Source: Thelocarpon superellum
Lineage: Eukaryota
Reading direction: 5' to 3'
NCBI GenBank assembly: GCA_026025795.1
Contig: JAPEUG010000112.1
Location: 1 to 43,601, forward strand
DNA length: 43,601 nt
Part shown: positions 33,994-43,601 of the stretch, in pieces
Layout: the number at the start of each line of letters is the position of its first letter
Position numbering within the stretch: the first letter of the stretch is position 1
The notes under the pieces: model-generated
Seen by the model: only the letters and a program-made list of their open reading frames with translations
What the model was told of the DNA's origin: nothing
Databases searched by the model: none
Position numbers and translations under genes: made by a program

Positions 33994-35685
33994 TCACGAT
34001 GCCAAGGTGAGCTTGCGATTCCGCTGCAACACGTCCGGCAAGACGGCGACGGCGCGGGCGGCGACGCCAGCACCCGGACCACCACTCTGAAGAGTCTGGG
34101 CCGGGAAATCAACGAGGGCCTTGCGCAGGGCAGCCTTGGCAGCGGAGCCATAGAGCTCCAAGAAGCGGTTCTCGTAGTTCTCGACCATGGCCTTGAGCAC
34201 GACGAAGTGCGTCGACGTCGCCTGCGGCGGCGGCACGCTGACGATGCACTGCAGCGCCTGCCAGTAGCGGATGTTGGGGTAGGGATTGCGGAGTTTGGAC
34301 TTGGCGAAGTTGCGCAGCGCGATGGCGGCGAAGCCGGCGCCGAGGCCCGTCATGCGTTCGTTGTGACGTTGCTCCGACACCCACGGTCCGTCTGTCTCTT
34401 CGCGCCACCAGCCCAGGCGCGCTTTGCCGGCCGCGGTACGCTCGTCGCCGTTCACGCCCCAGAGCACGGGACACACGACGTGGAACTTGGCCATCATGAT
34501 GTCGATGAGAGATCGGCCCCGCCATCGGAAGTCGTTGGAGGCGAAGATCTGAACGGCGACGATACCTACCGGATCCGCGGCCTTGGGCGATACGCTCGCT
34601 TCGGAGATGAATTGCGCGATGATGGCTTTGGCGAAGATGTTGATGAGATAGACCAGCAGCCCCGGTAGTGTGCCGTCGCTGCCTCCGGATGCCACATCGC
34701 CAGGGTCGGAGGAGCTGGCGACGAGAAATTGCCGCACGTCCACCGGGGGACCGTCGCGGTCGTCGCGCGCTTCGCGGAGGATGTCGACAATTTTGTTGAT
34801 CTGTCCGCTATCGCATCAGCCGTTGGACTTGTGCACTTGGGCGGGGAGCATGTAACATACCAGGCCGCGATTCGCGCCCTTCCCCTCCGTACACTGACCC
34901 ACGGATTTGCGGATCTCGCGACGCATGTCGCCCATGCGCCGCTTCAAGGCGGCATTCTGCTTGGCGACGTTCATCATGAAGCGGCGGAGCTGCTTCAACC
35001 GTTGGTGGATCTGCCGGTACTCTTGGTGCGAGTCGTTATCCGGCGCCGATTCACGATGTCCATTAGCCAACGCGGGGAGGCTGATTGCCGGCGGAGGAGG
35101 GGGGGGGGACAGTGCAGGCTGAGGATGCACAGGCGGGGGCGTGGCCGTGGCCAGCGAGTGCTGTTTTGGCTGCTCGGCCGCGACTCGTTCCGCACGCCGA
35201 CGCTCCTCCTCAGCCGCCTTTCGCGCTTCGTCGAGGTGCCGTCGCTGTTTCGTGGCGGCCAGGGCGGCCAGGGCGGCCTCGGTCTTGGCCTTTTCCTGGG
35301 CAATCTGCCGTTCAATCTCCGCGTGCTCTGCTCGCTGCTCGGCCTCTCGTTGCTGCACGGCCTCCAGCTCCTTGCGCCGCTCAGCGAGCTCGCGCGCAGC
35401 ACGCTCGTGGCGGATCTTGTCGAGCTCGTGTCGTTCCTCGTCCTGCCGGCGTTTAAGCTCTTTCTGCATCTCATGCTCGAAGCGCAGCCGGGCCACTTCG
35501 GCGCTCTGTCGCACCCGGTCGTGCTCCGCGGCGGCACGGTCCAAGGCGGCGCGATGGGCCTTTTCGCGCTCGAGGCCCTGCCGATCCAATTGGGCGAGGA
35601 ACTCCTCGTCCGCCGACACGCGTAGCCGGCCCATCTCGTGGAACAGATCTTTCGCGGACTCGCTGCGCTGATGCGCGGCGTCCAT
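33994..35685 (-). CDS. GLE1: mRNA export factor Gle1-like protein; exons 35685-34861 and 34800-33994 (start codon uncertain)
   Basis: Glu/Arg-rich coiled coil, then RREIRKSVGQ, YLINIFAKAIIAQFISEA..AADPVG, SLIDIMMAKFHVVCPVLWG, HNERMTGLGAGFAAIALRNF, typical of the fungal GLE1 domain. 60-nt GTATGT..GCTGAT..CAG intron. Confidence 0.85.
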
Positions 35686-38600
35686 GGTGACGACGTCGCT
35701 GGTTGCCCCACCTAGTTCCGTCGGATACAGAGCTCGTCGTGCGTGCTGCGATCGACGGGATCACGGAGCCATGGTTGTCGTCGGGCGCGAAGCGATATAG
35801 CTGCACGTCCAGACGATGAACAAACCAAAGCACAAAGGTTGGCGGTTACTTGATCTGATCTGATAAACTTTAGGCTCCATTCGCATCCAAAGTAACATCT
35901 GCTACTCACATACCATAGTTAAGTCGAGCTGCCAAGACAGACTACTGGCCATAGTTCAGTCACTGTGCCTGGCCAAGTGGCTCTACTTGTTCACGACAGT
36001 TTGGTGAACTACGGCTAGGCGCGGGAGATACCGACAGCTTCACTCGCTTCGAAACTTAGGGTAGGGAGGCAGAGACTACCACAGTATGTCAATCATGTGG
36101 TACACGTCAAGCCGTTCTTCGAATGTTGCCGTCGTCGCCTCAGTAACTGGTATTCCTCGTCTTGTTCAACAGTCCCATCCATCTTCCACTCAGTAACGTG
36201 TTGGCAGTCTGATCTTTATCACATGCACTTCCTATCCCCAGTGGTGCAAAGATGCAGGAAAGAGGTGCGTGTCCGGTTGACTTGGCAGCAGGAGACTTGA
36301 TCAAGCGATCATCCGGACCCACTACACTGCCCAAATCCGAAAGCCAGGATGCGGAATTACTGCCCCTAATGTTTTGGTTCCATTGGATATATGCTGTGCG
36401 GGCGATATCAACACCGAAGAATTTGCCTATTGGGCCATCATCAGACACCGTGCCAAGGACGTCATCTCTTTCGAGTCCCTAGTCGAAGATTTGACGGCCA
36501 TTCTCGGTGCTCTCGAGGGAGGCGCGTATCTAGACAACATTCGATGGCTATACAAGCCTACCAAACTCGTTTGTTCGCTTATCCCACCTCACGCGAACCT
36601 TCCAGGCGGATATCAATCTCTCGGCAAGACGTAAATCGTCGCAAGATCAAAAGAGATCGTGGCCAACCTACAACGACAGGCAGGTCAGGGAAGTAGCGAA
36701 GAAGTCAAAATCTGGACTTCCAGGGCCTCCAAAACATGATTGATTGAGCGGTCTGGACTTGTCTAAGTCGTCTTACCCTCAGGCCGTCACAATTTCTTGG
36801 AGATCATTGCGTTCGCGGGCTCCTACACGAAAAGGAGGTCTGTGTGCTCACGCTCTTTTCGAGAGTCCAGTGGTAGTCTGGTCGGTCTAGCATACGCAAC
36901 TACAGTGTAAGAGCGTGTCTCACCGTGAGCTCTTGAGGCACAGAGGTATCGCGGGATCTATGGCATTTCCGTGATTACGTATAATGTGGATGGTGATGAG
37001 GATTCCATTTCCCATCTCCCGGGCTCAAGCTACCTCCCGTCTGAATAAGCGGAATTGCCGAGACACTTGCACGGTCCTGCAACGAGAATCCTCGCCATAG
37101 AACAAAGGCACCAAGAGTAGTGCGCTGCCATTGGCTGTTGTTGCATAGATGAAACCCTATCAGTCTTGAGTGTCATAGTCACACCGATGAGCTGATGGTC
37201 TGGAGAGCCACAACTGAGTATCCGTCATGCAGCTGTGAAATCGCATGATCGTTGGAGAAAGAGGGTCTGTGAGGGTAGCGCCGCCACCCTTGCACTATTG
37301 TTCTCTACGACAGTACTAGTGCGAGGTTGAACGGCCAAGCCGAGCGCTTGCCGGTGCTTGTCTAAGAGCCGTCTCTACACGTTATGAGTGGGAAAGACTA
37401 CGGAGTCCTCGCCCCCGAACGGATCTCCGTGTAATTCAGCTCACTCAATGCAGCGATCAAGTCGAGTTTGATGGTGGCTGACGACGACACACTAGTCGGC
37501 AGTCATACCTGTAGCAGGTCTTGACATCTGCCTCGTCGAGACGGGAGACGTGAAACTTGGGTAGACAGCAAAGGAAGGGAGAAAAGCGAGCGCGCCGAGT
37601 ATCGGCTCAAGGTAGTGTTTATTACTGGAGGCAGGCGGGTAACAGTGATATCTATGACCAAGCTGCCAGGTCTCTGGACGAGGCGTGAGTACTCGTACTA
37701 CACGAGCACACGCACTCAGCAGCGGTGCTCGTACTGCTACCACAGCACGGCAGGCAGAGGCGGTACGGGACGAGAGTATTTGTACTTGTGGCGAGCTTGC
37801 GTGCATTGACAGGTACTTTAGCGGCGGTATTCGCAGTATCTGCCTCGGTGACCACCCTACGAGTGGTGAGTGGTCGGACGGCCGTCTCCGTCGTTCGTCG
37901 CTCGTCAATCGCCGCTGGGTCGCTGGTTGACAGCGCTGCGGCAAGTGGGCCAGCCGCCTGGCCCCGTCCGCCCTTTCGCCTTCGCTTCGCCGTCAACCGT
38001 CGATCGCTATCATCGTCGCCTTCGTCCTAACGTCTGCCTTTCCGTTACCGAGTTCCTCTCCTTCACCTCCCCTTCCATCTCCCATCTCCCATCTCCCGTC
38101 TCCACCCCACCCTCCCTGATCCGGCATTGGTCTCTTCTGCTTTCCTTTCCCATCTGCGGAACCAATCTCTCCCAACCACTCTCTGCTCTTGGCCCCTCCT
38201 TCTCGCCTGCGTTCGCACAGACCCACCTCCATCCTTATCCCACTCGCCATTCGCATCCCCCTCCCGGCGGCAAGCATCACAAGCAGCCTCACGTTTCCCA
38301 TTCCTTTCGCAACATCGCGCACCCATTCACCCACTCCTTGTGACAGCCGGACGTGCGGTCCCCGGCTCGGCCTCACCGTGATCGATCCTGATCCCCATCC
38401 TCGCCGTCCGTCCCTCTTGTTCCGGCCTCACTCGTGGCTCCCGGCCCGCGTGCTCCATCACGCTCCCCCAATAAGCTGTCGGTCCAGCTCCTCGAGCTTT
38501 GTCGACGCTGTCCGTAGACTCGACGACTCGACCCCAAGCTCCCCACGTCCCGTCGACACACCTCCACCACTCCTTCGTGGTTCCCGTCGCATACCTCCAC

Positions 38601-38727
38601 CTCCGTGTGAGCCCCCCAAACTCTTGACCGCATCGAGCTGTCCAGCCCACCGACCCAACACGGCCCGCAAGTCGTCTTCACCTCCACTGGCGTCGTCACC
38701 CTGTCAGCGGGTGCCAGGTGGCGGCTG

Positions 38728-38763
38728 ATGCCATTCGCCCCGGGTCACTCGAACAAGCAGTGA
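38728..38763 (+). promoter_or_regulatory. Single uORF (MPFAPGHSNKQ*) in the SSD1 leader
   Basis: Only ATG I found between 37657 and the SSD1 start at 38878; it ends 114 nt upstream of that start. Confidence 0.45.
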
Positions 38764-38877
38764 AGCCGTCTCGATCATTGCCGCCGTCGTCTCGTCCCCC
38801 TACGATCACTTCTCGGAGCCATTCCGCTCCTTGACCAGCCGCTCCAAGGAAAACTTTCAGAGTCGTTTACGTATATC

Positions 38878-41800
38878 ATGGATCAACAACAGACCTCCGG
38901 CCCCCAAGCCCCCGGTGGTCGACGGCTACACATTGCTCACCGTCGGAGTCCGTCGGAGCTCACTCCTTTGATGAGTATGCTCGCCACCACTGAATTTATG
39001 TTTTCAGCAGGAGCTAATCTCGTGAACAAATGCTAGGCCAGCAATTGGCCATCCAGCAGCAGCTGGAGTCAATCACTCAACAGCAGCAGCAGCTGAGCTT
39101 CACCTACCAGCAGTATGCGAACATGGGCATGCTACCCCCCCAGCAACATCTCTCGCCGGCTTCAGCCTTCAACCCGGTCCAAGGGCAGATGCAAAATATC
39201 CCACCCAATGTCAACACCTTTCAATACCCCCCGCAGATGCAGCAACCCCAGATGGGTCCGCCCATGAATGCCCCCAATCAGCCATCCTCGCATCGACGCA
39301 ATCAGTCTGCGCTCCCCGGCATGAATATGGGTCCCCCTCCGGCGCCATCGTCGGGCGCCTCTGGCTCGGCCTTTGGCGACTTTAGTCAATCGAACGCTTC
39401 GGCCAACCGCGAGGCCGGTGGACAACGCGGGGGTAGGGGCAGTCATCAAGGACCGCCAGGGGCTGGGCACACCCGTCGCCATTCGCTGGCTCTACCCGAA
39501 GCCAAAAAGGCGGCCGAGTTGGAGAAACAGAAGCGAACAACCTCAGGCTTCCAGTTCCCCATTCCCGGTGCGGCCGGCGCCGCTCCAGCCAGCACCAACG
39601 GCGAGTTAGGCTCCGCCAACAACAATAACGATGAGCGGCCGGCGGATGTTCAGGCTCAGGGAGCCCCGGCGGGCATCGGCAACCATACCGGCCCACCGAG
39701 CCTCGCCACGCGAGCCGGCAACCGCGGTGGGGCCCATGGCCGTAGCCAGAGCTTGGCTGTCAGCTCGAATGGCCGCAATCCGGCGCACGGCCGCAACCCG
39801 AGTGCCTTTCAATTTCCTGGCCCCTCGGACGCTGGTGCAGCGAGCCAAGGCCACCTCCAGGACGTGCAACGTCGGGGCAGTCAAGGCACGCACGCAAGAA
39901 CGTCGTCGCGGAACTTTGAGGGCAACTGGCGTCAACAGAGCAATGGCCAAGGGCCGACTCAGTCCAATGATCACCAGACGCCCATGGGGCAGTTCGGTCA
40001 GGGCCAGGTCCCGAATCCGACCGCCGGAAGTTTCCAGCCAGGTCATCGCGTGCGCGGTTCCATGGGACAGTCCATCGGCTCCATCGGCGCCTTTCAATAT
40101 CCCCCCCAGCAACAGTTTGTTCAACTGGCCTCCGGACAGATGGTTCTGCAGCCTCCGCCGCAGGTCTTCGCCGGCCAACAACTTAATCCACTGCAGATGA
40201 ACCAGCTGCAGGCGCTCCAAGCGGCACAGATGGGCGGGCCGCAAATCTCCGGGCTGCAGGGCAGTCAGCATGCCACGGGCCAGATGTCTAGCCAGCAGCA
40301 ACAGCAGCAGCAGCAACAACAACGCAAGACCCTCTTTACCCCCTACTTGCCCCAAGCCAACCTGCCGGCTCTCCTGAGCGACGGACAGCTCGTCGCCGGC
40401 ATTCTTCGCGTGAACAAGAAGAACCGGAGCGACGCATATGTCACGACTCAGGACGGGCTCTTGGACGCCGACATCTTCATCTGCGGCAGCAAGGACCGAA
40501 ACCGTGCGCTCGAGGGTGATCTCGTCGCCGTCGAGCTGCTCGATGTCGATGAGGTCTGGGGCCAAAAGCGCGAGAAGGAGGAGAAGAAGAAGCGCAAGGA
40601 TCTCACGGACACGCGCTCAGCCGGCGGCGCCGGGGGTCACGATCGATCGGGCAACGCCAGCGCCAATGGCGAGGACAGTCGCTCGGCCAGCAACGATGGC
40701 GGGCTCCGCCGCCGGGGCAGTCTTCGTCAGCGACCCACCCAGAAGAAGAATGACGACGTTGAGGTTGAGGGCCAGAGCTTGCTCCTTGTGGAAGAGGAGG
40801 AGGTCACCGACGATCAGAAGCCGCTCTACGCCGGTCATGTGGTTGCCGTCATTGAACGGGTCGCCGGGCAGATGTTCTCAGGGTGCGTTTTGAGCGCGTA
40901 GATGCCACGCTGATCGATACTGACGCCGTGCACAGGACGCTGGGCCTCCTGCGCCCCAGCAGTCAGGCCACCAAGGAGAAGCAAGAGGCCGAACGACAGG
41001 CGCGCGAAGGGAGTTCCGGTCGGCACCAGCCCGATCGCCCGCAGGACAAGCCCAAGATCGTGTGGTTCAAGCCGACGGATAAGCGCGTGCCCCTGATTGC
41101 CATCCCCACTGAGCAGGCGCCTCGTGACTTCGTCGAGAAGCATCAGGACTACGCCAATCGCATCTTCGTCGCGTGCATCAAACGTTGGCCGATCACCTCA
41201 CTCCATCCATTCGGGACGTTGGTCGAGCAGCTGGGCGAGATGGGAAATCTCAAGGTCGAGACCGACGCACTCCTCCGCGACAACAACTTCGGCGCCGACG
41301 AATTCTCGGACGCGGTCTTGCGCAGCGTCGGCTTTGACGAATGGTCTGTCGCCAAAGAGGACGCGGCCGCGCTGAGCAAGCGTCGCGATTTCCGTCAGGA
41401 GAAGACCTTTACCATCGACCCCAATGGCGCCGAGGAGCTCGACGATGCCATCCACGTCAAGACGGGAGCGGATGGCCTCGTCGAGCTTGGCATCCATATC
41501 GCCGATGTTGCGAACTTTATCAAAGCAAATTCGCTCGTCGATCGCGAGGCTAAGAAGCGCGGTACGGGCGTGTATCTGATGAATCGAACCGTCAGCATGC
41601 TGCCGCCCAAGATTTCCTCGGAGATCTGCTCCTTGAGCCCCGGCCAAGAACGATTCACCGTGAGTATCGTCTTCAAGGTCGACCCGCGTACCGGGCGTAT
41701 CTCGGAGGATGAGACCTGGATCGGCAAGGCCATCATCAAGAGCGCCGGCAAGCTGTCCTATCGAGACGTTGACGCCGTCATCAATGGTGATCATGAAGTG

Positions 41801-43362
41801 GCGCTGCAGGGTGCGACGGTCACCGACATCCAGACCTTGCACGCCATCGCCCAAAAGTTTCGCCAAGCTCGCTGTGGTGCCGAGTCCGAGACGATCCCAC
41901 CCTTCCGTCTACTGTACCAGCTTGACGATGAGAACGTTCCCGTCGAGCACAACATCTTTGACTCAACGCCAGCGCACGAACTGCTGGAGGAGCTCAATTA
42001 CAAGGCCAATGCCTACGTGGCCACGAGGATTGCCGCCGGGCTTCCTGAGAAGGCCCTCTTGCGTCGACAGGCCTCGCCCAACCCGCGTCGTCTACACACC
42101 TTTGCGGATCGCATGACGCGGATTGGGTACGAGATTGACACAGCGAGCAGTGGCACGTTGCAGCGCAGCCTTGTGGAGGTGGAGGATAATGAGATTCGTA
42201 AGGTTCGTTCATAAGTCTCATCTTTCCACGGCAGGGCTTCGCTGACGGGGAGATGACAGGGCATGGAGACGCTCCTGGTCAAGACGATGCAGCGGGCACG
42301 ATACGTCGTGGCGGGCAAGACGGCCAAGCCGCTGCACCCGCACTACGCCCTCAACCTGCCGCTGTACACGCACTTCACCAACCCGTCGCGTCGCTATGCC
42401 GACCTGATCGTGCATCGTCAACTGGAGGCGGTGCTGTCAGATGGAGCCATTGAATTCGCCGAAGACGCCGAGGTGCTGGCGAAGACGGCGGAACAGTGCA
42501 ACACTAAGAAGGATTCGGCCATGAACGCGCAAGAGCAGAGCGTGCATATCGAGTCGTGCCGCATCATGGACAAGAAGCGACAGGAGCTCGGCGACGACCT
42601 CATCAGCGAAGGCATCGTCATCTGTGTGTACGAGTCGGCATTTGACGTGTTGATCCCAGAGTTTGGGTTTGAGAAGCGGGTGCACTGTGACCAGCTCCCG
42701 CTCAAGAAGGCCGAGTTTGACAAGAACAATCGGGTGCTCGAGCTGTACTGGGAGAAGGGGGTGGCGTCGTCGGCGTACATCCCCGAAGATGAGCGGTCCT
42801 CGGGGACGATGCGAGCGGGGTCACTCCGTGCGGGCCACGCCGCGCGCGAGGCGGCGGATCAGGCGGCCAAGGAGCGCGACGAGGCTCAACGACGGCAGAT
42901 GGAGACGGGGACGATCTCGACGGACGACGTCGATGCCCTGTTTGACGATGACGACGACCTTGGGGAGATCACAGAGATGACGTCGGGCGTGTCGCTCAAC
43001 CCGACCGCCACGACGGATCGTCCGACGCAGAGTATGCCGCCCTCGCCATCCAAGGACGCACCTGCGACGGGCCAGCCGCCGCATCGGGCGCAGTCGGACC
43101 CGAAGGGGTTACGGGGTTCGGGACCGGAAGCGAATCTCAGTAACAAGGACAAGTACCTGAAGATGTTCAAGCTGCGCGAGCGCGATGGAGATTATATCCA
43201 GGACGTGACGGAGATGACACGGGTGCCGGTGATTCTTAAGACCGACTTGACCAAGTCTCCTCCGTAAGTGCCTCCATCTTTGACGTTGCAGTTGACGGAG
43301 GGATGGGACTGATATGGAGTAGGTGTCTGACGATTCGGTCGCTGAATCCCTATGCTCTGTAG
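38878..43362 (+). CDS. SSD1: Ssd1/GUL-1 RNA-binding RNase II-family protein; exons 38878-38974, 39037-40882, 40936-42202, 42260-43263, 43323-43362
   Basis: RRLHIAHRRSPSELTPLM, NDR-kinase-type HxRxxS sites (HRRNQS, HTRRHS, HGRSQS, HARTSS), RKTLFTPYLPQA, cold-shock domains (GILRVNKKNRSDAYV, KIVWFKPTDKRVPLIAI), RNB domain (YTHFTNPSRRYADLIVHRQL) and C-terminal PCLTIRSLNPYAL*. Four consensus introns. Confidence 0.96.
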
Positions 43363-43601
43363 GGAAGCACATCTCTATTAAGACGGCCATGACAGGAGGT
43401 GCGATATGGATGGAAGAGGGTATGAGACGAGATGGAGGCGGAGTTGGAGGTGGAGTGGAGACGGGGGGGCATATGCATAGAATGAGAGAGCATATGTGTA
43501 GAAGTGGAGGTGGCGGCGGAGGTGGACGAACAAAGTACAGACCAACAAGCTCTATCTAGCATGGTACATATGGTTTAGCTGAATGCTATTTTCATTCCTC
43601 T

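Noticed and set aside
1..43601. CRISPR arrays, tRNA/rRNA genes, intact transposons or a secondary-metabolite cluster
   Set aside because: No regularly spaced repeat-spacer units, cloverleafs, rRNA blocks, transposase/RT motifs or backbone synthase seen; the identified genes are functionally unrelated eukaryotic housekeeping genes.

Overview
GC-rich, intron-containing genomic DNA of a filamentous ascomycete (Pezizomycotina, shown by a Woronin-body hex-1 gene and CTRAC-branch, 50-70 nt introns). In order: the first exon of an unidentified minus-strand gene, ~7 kb with no recognisable gene, a conserved Arg/Asp-rich protein of unknown function, hex-1, an intronless membrane glycoprotein, a secreted Ala/Pro/Gly-rich repeat protein, a MEL1-type GH27 alpha-galactosidase ending in RDEL, MSH5, HSP78, EF-1beta with an intronic U18/snR18-like C/D snoRNA, EMC5, GLE1 and SSD1/gul-1. 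There are no prokaryotic elements, CRISPR arrays or recognisable intact transposons. Most notable: (1) hex-1 has a spliced 227-codon in-frame N-terminal extension that begins at a CTG in strong Kozak context and has no ATG in any frame, suggesting CUG-initiated long and AUG-initiated short Hex1 isoforms from one mRNA; (2) a dense cluster of Ssd1-type CNYTCNYT elements lies in the 3' UTR of the secreted repeat protein, with SSD1 in the same window; (3) two consecutive GC-AG introns are predicted in MSH5; (4) the Ssd1 'pseudonuclease' keeps a near-intact RNB catalytic motif. Exon boundaries were inferred by eye and are not transcript-verified.
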